The translations under genes were made by a program, and so were the position numbers. This document shows positions 27,739 through 37,479 of a stretch of DNA of 64,000 nucleotides, piece by piece; position 1 is the stretch's first letter, and the number at the start of each line of letters is the position of its first letter. Under the pieces are notes generated by a model that was not told where the DNA came from, searched no databases, and was given only the letters and a program-made list of their open reading frames with translations. The stretch comes from an uncultured Clostridia bacterium (GTDB taxonomy: Bacteria; Bacillota; Clostridia; TANB77; CAG-508), in the NCBI GenBank assembly GCA_963931445.1, contig OZ007016.1, positions 1,546-65,545 of the forward strand. The letters run 5' to 3'.

Positions 27739-28623
27739 ATGATAGTAAAAAAAGCTGGAACTATCTTATTAAATTTAACATTAAAACAAATTGGCTTGGT
27801 ATATAGAAATAATAATAATGATTGTTCTTTTCCTAAAGGACACCTCGAAAATGGTGAAATACTTGAGCAATGTGCCATTAGAGAAACTGAAGAAGAAACT
27901 TTAAGAACAAATCATTTATTGATAAATAAAGAAATTTATATTTTAAAATACACTACCCCATCAGGAGAAAACGTAGAATGTTATTATTATATATCAATAG
28001 ATGATGGTGCAACATCAAAAAATATAGATTTAAAAGATCAAGAAACTTTAAAATGGACTTGTCCTAGCGATGTAGAAAATGCATTGTCTTATGATAATTT
28101 AAAAGTACTATGGAAAAAAATAAAAAATCCAATTATCAGTATATTGGAGAATGAAGGTACTATATCTCCTGCTATTCTGACAGATTTAGGAATATGCCCT
28201 ACATGTTATGATAAAGAAAATAATAATTGTTTGTATGGAGATATTTCTGATAAACTTCTTTTTGAAAATGATAAATTCGAAATTTTTTTAGTAAGTAATC
28301 CAAGAGCAGCTGGTCATACAATAGTTTCGACAAAAAGACATTATAAAAATATGATGGACATTCCTGATGATTTATGTAGTAAAATATTTATTTTTTCCAA
28401 GAAAGTAATGAACATTTTACAAAATGTTTATAACGCAGAAAGTATATATCTTTGTACTATGTGTGATGGTCCAATGAATCATTTCCATATACAGCTTATA
28501 CCTAGATATGCTTTTGAAAAAAGAGGTTCTAAAAATTTTGTTAAACCAAGAAAAGACTATATAACAGATAAGGATAAAATTGAAAAAATTAGAAATCTTC
28601 TAAAACTGGAGGCCATATGCTAA
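27739..28623 (+). CDS. NUDIX hydrolase fused to a HIT-like (HxHxQ) domain.
   Basis: Nudix box GHLENGEILEQCAIRETEEETL. C-terminal MNHFHIQLIPR histidine-triad-like motif. Confidence 0.7.
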   Translation: MIVKKAGTILLNLTLKQIGLVYRNNNNDCSFPKGHLENGEILEQCAIRETEEETLRTNHLLINKEIYILKYTTPSGENVECYYYISIDDGATSKNIDLKDQETLKWTCPSDVENALSYDNLKVLWKKIKNPIISILENEGTISPAILTDLGICPTCYDKENNNCLYGDISDKLLFENDKFEIFLVSNPRAAGHTIVSTKRHYKNMMDIPDDLCSKIFIFSKKVMNILQNVYNAESIYLCTMCDGPMNHFHIQLIPRYAFEKRGSKNFVKPRKDYITDKDKIEKIRNLLKLEAIC

Positions 28624-29087
28624 AAATTTATAATATAAAAGAAAAGCAAGAATTTTTAAGAGAAGTTGCTACACTTACTCAAAAAGAATGGGGTAAAAAA
28701 ACTAATTCAGAAGAAGAATTTGAGGCAAAGATAAATAAAAAAACATCTAAAATTATTAATAACTTTGACAATCCTTTATATTGTAAATTAATTTTATTGG
28801 ATGATGATATTTTAATAGGCTTTATATCTATATTTCCAACTGATGGAGATGAAAGGAAAGATTTATCACCATGGTATGCCACTATGTATGTAAAAGAAGA
28901 ATTTAGAGGAAAAGGATATTCTAAAATACTTAATAATGCAATTCTAGAAGAAGCTAAAAATCGAGGATTTAAGAAATTATATCTAAAAACAGACTTAATT
29001 AATTATTACGAAAAATTTGGTGCTACATTTTTGGACACTTTAAGTAACGGAGAAAAATTATATTATTTTGATTTAGAGGAGGTTTAA
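28617..29087 (+). CDS. GNAT-family N-acetyltransferase (copy 1).
   Basis: YVKEEFRGKGYSKILNNAILEEAKNRGFKKLYL, the acetyl-CoA binding motif A region. Confidence 0.7.
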   Translation: MLKIYNIKEKQEFLREVATLTQKEWGKKTNSEEEFEAKINKKTSKIINNFDNPLYCKLILLDDDILIGFISIFPTDGDERKDLSPWYATMYVKEEFRGKGYSKILNNAILEEAKNRGFKKLYLKTDLINYYEKFGATFLDTLSNGEKLYYFDLEEV

Positions 29088-29091
29088 CCAT

Positions 29092-29514
29092 ATGGACAAA
29101 TTTAAAGAAATAAGACCAATAGCTTTAGGTCTTGCTATCAAAAACAATAAGCTACTAGTTTCAGAGGGTTTTGACAAGGTAAAAAACGAAACATTTTACA
29201 GATGTTTAGGTGGTGGTATTGAATTTCTAGAAAAGAGTGAAGAAGCTTTAAAACGTGAGTTTTTGGAAGAAATCAATGTTGATATTACAGTTAAAGATTT
29301 TTTAGGAATATCAGAAAATATCTTTACATATCAAGGAAAAAAAGCTCATGAATTAATTTTATTTTACTCAATTGAAATATCTGATGAAAATTATCAAGAA
29401 GAGTATAAAGTAATAGATGATCATGGTGAAACTATTGCTAAATGGATAGATATTAATGAATTTAAGAGTAAGAACAAAATACTTTATCCTGAAGAAGTAT
29501 TTAAATATATTTAA
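29092..29514 (+). CDS. NUDIX hydrolase (140 aa, copy 1).
   Basis: Nudix box GGGIEFLEKSEEALKREFLEEINV. Confidence 0.75.
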   Translation: MDKFKEIRPIALGLAIKNNKLLVSEGFDKVKNETFYRCLGGGIEFLEKSEEALKREFLEEINVDITVKDFLGISENIFTYQGKKAHELILFYSIEISDENYQEEYKVIDDHGETIAKWIDINEFKSKNKILYPEEVFKYI

Positions 29515-29557
29515 TTTATATCTATTCCCCTACCACATGAAAGGAGGTGATGAAGGT

Positions 29558-30066
29558 GTGGTAGGAAATATCGAAAAGCGTGGAGAGAATTCATATAGAT
29601 TAAGAGTTTCTGCTGGCTATACTGATGACGGAAAAAGAATTATGTACAAAAAAACTGTTCAAGCTAGAAATAAAAGTGAGGCTAGAAAAGAATTAGCTCT
29701 TTTTATATCCGAAATAGAAACTGGACAAGCACTGTCTGCTAAAAAGATGCGTTTTAGAGATTTTGCTGATTTTTGGATTAACAATTATGCTATTCCAAAT
29801 TTATCTCCAAAAACCTATGAAAGATATAAAAGTATGTTAAGATCAAGGATTCTCCCCTATCTCGGCAACATGTATTTGGACAAAATACAACCAATGCAAT
29901 TAATGTTCTTGTACCAGGAATTAAGTGAAGCAACATATACTAGAAAAAATGTTGAACATAAATTATCTCCCAAAACTGTATTAGAGCATCATAGGTTGTT
30001 ACATTCAATGTTACAACAAGCAGTATATTGGCAAATGATTCCATATAATCCAGCATCAAGAGTTAT
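29558..30066 (+). pseudogene. Truncated integrase paralog. Only the N-terminal ~170 aa are present.
   Basis: VVGNIEKRGENSYRLRV...LEHHRLLHSMLQQAVYWQMIPYNPASRV parallels the N-terminus of the integrase at 4825..6021 (SIEKRGKDSYRLVV...LEHHRLLHAMLTKAVYWQMIVTNPADRV). Similarity ends where the convergent gene 30063..30326 begins. The ORF tail after that is low-complexity nonsense. Confidence 0.7.
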
Positions 30067-30326
30067 GAGTTTTTTTCTATATTTTCTATTATTTTCTTTG
30101 CATAAGAACATTCAGCAATTATCCCTCTATTTTGTATTATTGCATTTTCTATTATTTTTTCTACTAATCTTCTTGCAATTCCTTTTCCTTGATATAAAGT
30201 ACTTACTTCTGTATGAACTATATTCCAACATCCTTCATTTTCTATATATACACATTCTCCTACTTTAATATTATCATCATATGCTACTGATTTCTTATTT
30301 TCTTCTTCAAATTTTACTTTAATCAT
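30063..30326 (-). CDS. Small GNAT-like acetyltransferase (87 aa).
   Basis: QGKGIARRLVEKIIENA motif A-like region. Size is typical of the minimal GNAT family. Confidence 0.5.
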   Translation of the reverse strand: MIKVKFEEENKKSVAYDDNIKVGECVYIENEGCWNIVHTEVSTLYQGKGIARRLVEKIIENAIIQNRGIIAECSYAKKIIENIEKNS

Positions 30327-30649
30327 AATACTTCCTCTTATTTTAACTTATATGAAATTATGTATTATATTATATCACTGATTTTATAATAAGTACATAA
30401 TTTTAAATATTCCTAGTGTATTAATTTATATATTAATTTCATATACAGTCAAATATATAAATTCTAATGTCAAATTTAATTAATTATTTTGAATTAGTCA
30501 CCAAATAGTTAAAATAAGCTAAAATCACTAGTATTTTACACAAAAACATTATATAATATAATCAAATTTTTTCTGGTTTTATAAATATTTAATTATTATC
30601 AATTATAATAGTAAAATAGAAAACTGTATGTTTCCAATTTTACTAAAAA

Positions 30650-31123
30650 AATTAGAGAATGAAGGTACTATACTATTCTGACAGATTTAGGAATATGCCC
30701 TACATGTTATGATAAAGAAAATAATAATTGTTTGTATGGAGATATTTCTGATAAACTTCTTTTTGAAAATGATAAATTTGAATGTTTTTTAGTAAGTAAT
30801 CCAAGAGCAGCTGGTCATACAATAGTTTTAACAAAAAACATTATAAAAATATGATGGACATTCCTGATGATTTATGTAGTGAAATATTCACTTTTTCCAA
30901 GAAAGTAATGAACATTTTACAAAATGTTTACTGCTCAGAAAGTATATATCTTTGCACTATGTGTGATGGTCCAATGAATCATTTTCATATCCAACTTATA
31001 CCTCGTTATGCTTTTGAAAAAAGAGGTTCTAAAAATTTTATTAAGCCAAGAAAAGACTATATAGAAGATATGGATAAAATTGAAAAAATTAGAAATATTC
31101 TAAAACAGGAGGCAATATGCTAA
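30650..31123 (+). pseudogene. Degraded duplicate of the HIT-like half of 27739..28623.
   Basis: The DNA is colinear with 28141-28623 but has a 7-bp and a 1-bp deletion, so only the last 90 codons remain as an ORF. The NUDIX half is absent. Confidence 0.7.
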
Positions 31124-31614
31124 AAATATATAATATAAAAGAGAAACAAGAATTCTTACGAGAAGTTGCTATACTTACTCAAAAAGAATGGGGCAGTAAA
31201 ACAGATTCAGAAGAAGAATTTGAGGCAAAGATAAATAAAAAAACATCTAAAATTATTAATAACTTTGACAATCCTTTATATTGTAAATTAATTTTATTGG
31301 ATGATAATATTTTAATAGGCTTTATATCTATATTTCCAACTGATGGAGATGAAAGGAATGATTTATCTCCATGGTATGCCACTATGTATGTAAAAGAAGA
31401 ATTTAGAGGAAATGGATATTCTAAAATACTTAATAATGCAATTCTAGAAGAAGCTAAAAATCGAGGATTTAAGAAATTATATCTCAAAACAGACTTAATT
31501 AATTATTACGAAAAATTTGGTGCTACATTTTTAGAAAATTTAAGTAGTGGAGAAAAATTATATTATTTTTCAATCTTAAACTTAAAATTGGAGGATATTT
31601 ATGTATATAAATAA
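31117..31614 (+). CDS. GNAT-family N-acetyltransferase (copy 2, near-identical to 28617..29087 with a divergent C-terminus).
   Basis: Protein near-identical over ~150 aa. Confidence 0.7.
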   Translation: MLKIYNIKEKQEFLREVAILTQKEWGSKTDSEEEFEAKINKKTSKIINNFDNPLYCKLILLDDNILIGFISIFPTDGDERNDLSPWYATMYVKEEFRGNGYSKILNNAILEEAKNRGFKKLYLKTDLINYYEKFGATFLENLSSGEKLYYFSILNLKLEDIYVYK

Positions 31615-31763
31615 AGGAAAACATGATATTTTAATTTTTCCAAAGTTTAAAATTTAGATTCATTTGAGCATGATTTTAAAACAATAGTTGATGAAGTTTC
31701 AATTGAATTAATCGGAGAACATGAAGAATCAATTATAATAAAAAATATAAAATTAGGAGGTTA

Positions 31764-32528
31764 TTGATGAATAATATAGAATATTTAGATAAAATTGTAG
31801 AAGTAAAAATTGATAGACCTATAGGAAGTTGTCATCCAAATTATCCAGATCATATTTATCTAGTAAATTATGGATATGTTCCAAGTACAATAAGTGGAGA
31901 TGGTGAAGAATTAGATTGTTATGTATTAGGAGAATATAAACCATTGAAAGAGTATAAAGGGAAGTGTCTTGCAGTAATACATAGATTAGATGACAACGAT
32001 GATAAATTAATTATAGCTCCAGAAAATAAAACTTTTACTAATAACGAAATAAAATTACTAACAGATTTTCAAGAAAAATTTTATACAAGTGAAATAATTA
32101 GAAGTTCAAATTATTTAGAATTTAATAAAAACATACCTGAATTATCTGTCACTAATTTAGAAAATAGTTTAAAATTTTATAAAACTGCTGGATTTAAACT
32201 TGAATATGATAGACCAGAAAACAAATTTGCATTTATAAGTTTAGGTGAAATTCAATTTATGCTACAGGAATTTTCTATTACTGATAAATGGAATATTGCC
32301 CCTATTACCTATCCTTTTGGTAATGGAATAAACTTTCAGTTAGAGGTGAATAATATAGGAGACATATATAGTAATTTAAAAAATGCAAATTATGAAATAA
32401 CATTTGATATTGAAGAAAATTGGTATAGACAAGATAATAAATTATTAGGTAATAAAGAATTTTTAGTACAAGATCCTGATGGATATTTATTAAGATTTTC
32501 AGAAGATTTAGGAGAAAGGAAAATTTAA
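31764..32528 (+). CDS. Fusion protein: N-terminal inorganic-pyrophosphatase-like domain and C-terminal glyoxalase/VOC-like domain.
   Basis: NYGYVPSTISGDGEELDCYVLG resembles the family I PPase motif NYGFIPxTxxxDGDPLDVLV. The C-terminal part has a glyoxalase-like pattern (FYKTAGFKLEY...LVQDPDGYLLRF). Confidence 0.5.
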   Translation: MMNNIEYLDKIVEVKIDRPIGSCHPNYPDHIYLVNYGYVPSTISGDGEELDCYVLGEYKPLKEYKGKCLAVIHRLDDNDDKLIIAPENKTFTNNEIKLLTDFQEKFYTSEIIRSSNYLEFNKNIPELSVTNLENSLKFYKTAGFKLEYDRPENKFAFISLGEIQFMLQEFSITDKWNIAPITYPFGNGINFQLEVNNIGDIYSNLKNANYEITFDIEENWYRQDNKLLGNKEFLVQDPDGYLLRFSEDLGERKI

Positions 32529-32530
32529 TT

Positions 32531-33295
32531 ATGCAAGATTTAGAATATAAAAGGTATGAAGAAATTGGGAATTGGGATTTTTCAGATATAGAATATACTG
32601 TAGAACAAGATAGCGATTGGAATTTTTATAAAGAAATATCCCAATACTCTAAATCTAATTCTCTAATACTAGATTTAGGGACAGGCGGTGGAGAAAAAGC
32701 TTTAGCACAAATGCCAGATGTTGGAATGATAATTGCAACTGATTTTTCTCCTAAAATGATTGAAACAGCTAATATAAATAAGAAAAATTATCCTGATAAA
32801 AAAATTAAATTTGTAACAATGGATAATCTTAATATGAAATTCCCTAATAATTTATTTGATATTATAACAGCAAGACATACTATCATTGATGCTAAACAAA
32901 TATATAATTGTTTATCTAATAATGGAATGTTGATTATTGAAGGAGTCGATAAATATGATTGTTGGGAACTTAAAAAACTTTTCAATAGAGGTCAATCATT
33001 TAATGATGATATTTCAATCAGACAAAAAGATTACAATGATTTAAAAAGAGCTGGATTTTCTGAAATAAATCTACAAGAAATAGTACAATATGAATATTAT
33101 AAAACTGCAAATGACTTATTTGCTTTACTTCTTAAAACTCCTATTTTAAATAACTTTTCAGAATTAGATACTTCAAATAATACTCATAAAAATCAAATTG
33201 AATCCGATTTATTTAACCAATATATTTCTCAACATACTACAGATAAAGGGATAGAATTAAAAAGAGTTTTATATGGAATAGTTGCTAAGAAATAA
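32531..33295 (+). CDS. Class I SAM-dependent methyltransferase.
   Basis: Motif I LDLGTGGGEKAL, with an acidic residue at the end of beta-2 (IATDFS). Confidence 0.65.
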   Translation: MQDLEYKRYEEIGNWDFSDIEYTVEQDSDWNFYKEISQYSKSNSLILDLGTGGGEKALAQMPDVGMIIATDFSPKMIETANINKKNYPDKKIKFVTMDNLNMKFPNNLFDIITARHTIIDAKQIYNCLSNNGMLIIEGVDKYDCWELKKLFNRGQSFNDDISIRQKDYNDLKRAGFSEINLQEIVQYEYYKTANDLFALLLKTPILNNFSELDTSNNTHKNQIESDLFNQYISQHTTDKGIELKRVLYGIVAKK

Positions 33296-33323
33296 CTAAT
33301 TATTAATAAATAAGGAGGTCCTT

Positions 33324-33746
33324 ATGGACAAATTTAAAGAAATAAGACCAATAGCCTTAGGTCTTGCTATCAAAAACAATAAGCTACTAGTTTCAGAAGG
33401 TTTTGACAAAGTAAAAAACGAAACATTTTACAGATGTTTAGGTGGAGGTATCGAGTTTTTAGAAAAAGGTGAAGAAGCTTTAAAACGTGAGTTTTTGGAA
33501 GAAATCAATATTGATATTACAGTTAAAGATTTTTTAGGAATATCTGAAAATATCTTTACATATCAAGGAAAAAATGCTCATGAATTAATTTTATTTTATT
33601 CAATTGATATATCTGATGATAATTATCAAGAAGAATATAAAGTAATAGATGATCATGGCGAAACTCTTGCAAAATGGTTAGATATTGAAGAATTTAAAAA
33701 GAAAAATAAAATTTTATATCCTGCAGAAGTGTTTAAGTATCTTTAA
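33324..33746 (+). CDS. NUDIX hydrolase (140 aa, copy 2).
   Basis: Near-identical to 29092..29514. Confidence 0.75.
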   Translation: MDKFKEIRPIALGLAIKNNKLLVSEGFDKVKNETFYRCLGGGIEFLEKGEEALKREFLEEINIDITVKDFLGISENIFTYQGKNAHELILFYSIDISDDNYQEEYKVIDDHGETLAKWLDIEEFKKKNKILYPAEVFKYL

Positions 33747-33874
33747 TTAAATCTATATAAAAATATTGCCATACTTATATTTATAAAAGATTAATATCAT
33801 AAAATGTACAGAACCCAAAGACTTTTCAATTTCTTGGTTTCTGTACATTTTAGTACTATATTTATTTTTTATCT

Positions 33875-34141
33875 TCATATATTCGATAATATAATCATTA
33901 ATGCTAAACTCATGTATATAAATGCAAATATTGCAAAACCTATTATTCCTAATATAAATCCTGCTTTTCCTAATCCGCTTCCCACTTTTTTTATTGATTT
34001 TGATCCAAACACTATTGCTAATATTGAACTTGGTATATTTATGTACCAAAATAATGCACTACATATTGATATTATTCCTAAAACTAATGATGCTATCCCT
34101 AAAGATGATTTTTGCTTACTCTCCATTTCCATATTATTCAT
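33875..34141 (-). CDS. Small 2-TM membrane protein (88 aa).
   Basis: Two hydrophobic helices. It is the only sensible ORF among several overlapping short ORFs here. Confidence 0.45.
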   Translation of the reverse strand: MNNMEMESKQKSSLGIASLVLGIISICSALFWYINIPSSILAIVFGSKSIKKVGSGLGKAGFILGIIGFAIFAFIYMSLALMIILSNI

Positions 34142-36128
34142 CCCCCTTTATATTTAATTCACTTAATAATTTTAATGTATCTAAATCATTTACTTTTATT
34201 TTATCTTCTGAAACAGTATATAAATTATTATCAATATATACACCTCTTAATAATTTGCTAAAACTTTTTGTTGAATAATAATATGCTGGATAATTTTCAT
34301 TTTCGTGTGTAATTACACCTTTTTTATTAAATCCATCTTCTAAATTAATATTAAATACAATATACCCTTCTGAAACATAATTTTTTTGCCTTGCAGTATA
34401 TGAACTTATAAGAGATGAATATGTAGTAAAATTGTCAGTTATTTCAAAATCTTGTGCTAAATTATTTACTGGAATTGCAATTAATTCTTTTTCTTTTGAA
34501 AATAACAAAGCTTTTGGATTTGTTAATATTGCTGATGTTGTCCTAGAATCTCCTATTACTGTACTTGATAATTGAATAGGATTATTTACATTTGATACAT
34601 CAAATAGGGCCATTTTCATACCCACTATTTTAGAAGTTGTTGAAATAACCCTTCCATTTATATCTCTATATACTTGTTCTTTAGTTTCCATTCCTATACC
34701 TATAATATGATTTTCATCATAAGGATGAAGATATGTGCTATAACCTGGTATTTTTAATTCTCCTAATACTTGTGGCTTAGAAGGATCTGATAAATCTATA
34801 ACAAATAACGGATCTATAGTTTTGTATGTTACTAAATAAGCCTTATTGCCAATAAATCTAGATGAATACATTGTTTCTCCTTTAGCTAGATTTGAAGTTT
34901 TTCCTATTTCATTTAATTTTTCATCAAAAACCACTACTCTAGAACCGTCACTATCATAAACAGCTAACCTTAATGTATTATTATATTCATCAACTGAATA
35001 TTGATTTATGGTTTTTCCTTTAACTTTATTTTTACAACTATATTCTATTGTTCCATTATCTTTAAAATCAAATTTATATATTTGTGTATAATAACCACTT
35101 TCTTCTTCATCTTCATATATAAATGGACCTATTGCTCCTGCTAATCCAAATAATGATTTTATTGGTGGCACTCCATAACTTCCTTCATATTTTTGGTTTA
35201 ATAAATATATACTATTTTCTGAAACATATGCATTTGATACATCTATTAAATATGAGTTTACATTTGCATCATTTTCTATATTATTTAAATCTACCATAGC
35301 AATTATTGTTTGCGTGTTTGTTTCTATTTCTTTAAATCGTTTTATATTGTCTAATCCAATTTCTTTTTGGTTCCAATTTTCTTCATATGTAGTAATAATG
35401 TCATCGTCTTCTTCCCTTAATTTTCCATTAGAAATTATGTATAACTTATTATCTATACATCTTGATGTATAATAACCTTCATAAAGTTTAATTTTCTTTA
35501 CTTGTACGGGTTGTTCTTTATTTGTAGTATCATATATATTTATAATCGTATTATTTTTGTTATAAATATAAAGAATTCCTCCTGTTTTAACTTCCTCTGA
35601 TATTATTATTAATTTATTATCATAAATTAATAAATCTTCTGGTATTCCACCATCATCTAATTCTATTGTAGAACTAATTTTAATTTCATTTGGATTTACT
35701 ACATTTGTTATTACCACTTTAGTTCCAGATATTGAATAAATATAGTTTCCATCTGTTTTTATTATATCTGCTTCATCTACATTTTCTACTTGTATGTTTG
35801 TAGTAGAATAATCTTTTGAACCTGATGTAGTTGATTCACTTGCAGATATTAAACCATCAACTGTATCGAAACTATTAGTAATTTTACTTGCATCCATAAT
35901 ACTATTATAAGTATTATTTGCAAAAAAGCTAAAAGGCATTGTTAAAACATTAATAAAAATATTTTTTGTTCCATCAATTTTACCTTCATAAATATTTTTT
36001 AATTCCTTTTCCGACTTAATAGATACAAGTTCTGATTTACTATTATTTAAATAATAAATCACGCCAGTAATAATAGCTAGTATTATAAGTAAACAAATAA
36101 TAATTTTTGCTAATTTACTTTTTTTCAT
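34134..36128 (-). CDS. Secreted or membrane-anchored beta-propeller domain protein (664 aa).
   Basis: N-terminal signal/anchor KIIICLLIILAIITGVIYYL. Repeated beta-strand-rich motifs of the Firmicute 'beta-propeller domain' family. Confidence 0.55.
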   Translation of the reverse strand: MKKSKLAKIIICLLIILAIITGVIYYLNNSKSELVSIKSEKELKNIYEGKIDGTKNIFINVLTMPFSFFANNTYNSIMDASKITNSFDTVDGLISASESTTSGSKDYSTTNIQVENVDEADIIKTDGNYIYSISGTKVVITNVVNPNEIKISSTIELDDGGIPEDLLIYDNKLIIISEEVKTGGILYIYNKNNTIINIYDTTNKEQPVQVKKIKLYEGYYTSRCIDNKLYIISNGKLREEDDDIITTYEENWNQKEIGLDNIKRFKEIETNTQTIIAMVDLNNIENDANVNSYLIDVSNAYVSENSIYLLNQKYEGSYGVPPIKSLFGLAGAIGPFIYEDEEESGYYTQIYKFDFKDNGTIEYSCKNKVKGKTINQYSVDEYNNTLRLAVYDSDGSRVVVFDEKLNEIGKTSNLAKGETMYSSRFIGNKAYLVTYKTIDPLFVIDLSDPSKPQVLGELKIPGYSTYLHPYDENHIIGIGMETKEQVYRDINGRVISTTSKIVGMKMALFDVSNVNNPIQLSSTVIGDSRTTSAILTNPKALLFSKEKELIAIPVNNLAQDFEITDNFTTYSSLISSYTARQKNYVSEGYIVFNINLEDGFNKKGVITHENENYPAYYYSTKSFSKLLRGVYIDNNLYTVSEDKIKVNDLDTLKLLSELNIKGDE

Positions 36129-36275
36129 TTAACTCCCCTCCTATAATTTGAATATAGCATATAACTGAAAAAAAGTAAATAATAAAACAGCTTAAATAAA
36201 AAGAAACAATATTTTCAAATATTGCTTCTAAATTTGTTTTAAAATAAAAATATATCTTCTATTTTTTTAATTAAT

Positions 36276-37478
36276 TTATTTACTAAATCTAGTTGTATGT
36301 TTCAATAAATATTGTTGCATGTTTGAATTAAAATCAAAATCATTAATTTTAAACCCTAAAAAATTTTCACCTTTTGGTATTTTTTCATCATTAAAAAAGT
36401 ATCCTTGTGTAATTGAATTTTTTATGTATTCAATTTGATTTTTATTTAATGTATCTGAAGCATATAAATATCTTTCTTTAAAATAAATTAATAAATAATC
36501 AAATAATAAGTGGTGATTTGCACATAACCAAATTCCATTGTCTGCATCAACAATCTGATTTGTCTTTTCTTCTTCACTAACTGAAGAATGTAATATATCT
36601 GTTGAGCTATAAATATGTGCTCCTTGTATAACTTTTTCAATATCACATCCACATAAATAACATTTCTTTTCCTTATATTTTTGCAATAAATTATAATGAA
36701 ACAACCTTGTATTTCTTTTAGCAATAACTCTTTCATCATTACTTTCAAAATCCATTCTGTCATCATTTAGTTCAACACCAATATTTTCTAAAATATATCT
36801 GTTTGCAGGATCAATATCTGCTAAATGATTTTTATCTGTTTCATTAACATTATATAACTTTATATTTTTACCTGGTACTAATCTAGATAACGCTAGGCAA
36901 ATTGCTGTAGTTTCTCTTCCATTTGCTCCATAACTTTTACCATATACAGAAATTTCATCATCATTTTCTTCAAATGTTGTTGAATTATTACTCGAATTTC
37001 GTTTGCTTAAACTTAGTCTATATGTACGCATTTGTTTATAATCGTTAAAAGGAGTAGTATAGTCAAATAATATAGCTTTTTCTGAAACTTTTACCTTATC
37101 TAAATTTAAAATTTTTATTCCTCCTGTTAGTAATAATTTATATGAAAAAATAGCAAATGGAGGATGTGAAGTAGAAAAATCTCTAATGTAATATTCAAAT
37201 GTTTTTTTAGGATTTTTCTCTTCTAAATAATGCTGATATGCTGAAGGAAAGTTTTGAAGAATAAAAGCATTTCTACTTTCACTTGCAATTTTTCTACTTA
37301 GGCAAATATATTTTATTGTATCAGCTATCTTTAGTTTTATGTATTGTCCTGAATTATGCCCTCTAAAATCCTCTTTAACTATAAAATCCACATTTCCTAT
37401 TGATCTATTTACTATATCTTTATATTCATCTTTAGATATGTCTCCTAATAAATGTGTAGGAACAAATAGTTCGACCAT
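36276..37478 (-). CDS. Putative restriction endonuclease with a C-terminal HNH motif.
   Basis: CYLCGCDIEKVIQGAHIY...DNGIWLCANHHLLFD (C-x2-C...H...N...H-H). Immediately downstream of the methyltransferase gene, with a 1-bp gap. Confidence 0.55.
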   Translation of the reverse strand: MVELFVPTHLLGDISKDEYKDIVNRSIGNVDFIVKEDFRGHNSGQYIKLKIADTIKYICLSRKIASESRNAFILQNFPSAYQHYLEEKNPKKTFEYYIRDFSTSHPPFAIFSYKLLLTGGIKILNLDKVKVSEKAILFDYTTPFNDYKQMRTYRLSLSKRNSSNNSTTFEENDDEISVYGKSYGANGRETTAICLALSRLVPGKNIKLYNVNETDKNHLADIDPANRYILENIGVELNDDRMDFESNDERVIAKRNTRLFHYNLLQKYKEKKCYLCGCDIEKVIQGAHIYSSTDILHSSVSEEEKTNQIVDADNGIWLCANHHLLFDYLLIYFKERYLYASDTLNKNQIEYIKNSITQGYFFNDEKIPKGENFLGFKINDFDFNSNMQQYLLKHTTRFSK

Positions 37479-37479
37479 T

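Noticed and set aside
29456-30268. 270-aa ORF taken as a real full-length protein.
   Set aside because: Only residues ~35-205 are integrase-like. The remainder (FFLYFLLFSLHKNIQQLSLYF...) is low-complexity read-through antisense to the convergent GNAT gene. Called a truncated integrase pseudogene instead.
33753-34278. Four overlapping 88-117 aa ORFs on both strands.
   Set aside because: Only the 88-aa minus-strand 2-TM ORF (33875..34141) has a plausible composition and lies 8 bp from the downstream gene. The others are AT-rich antisense artefacts.
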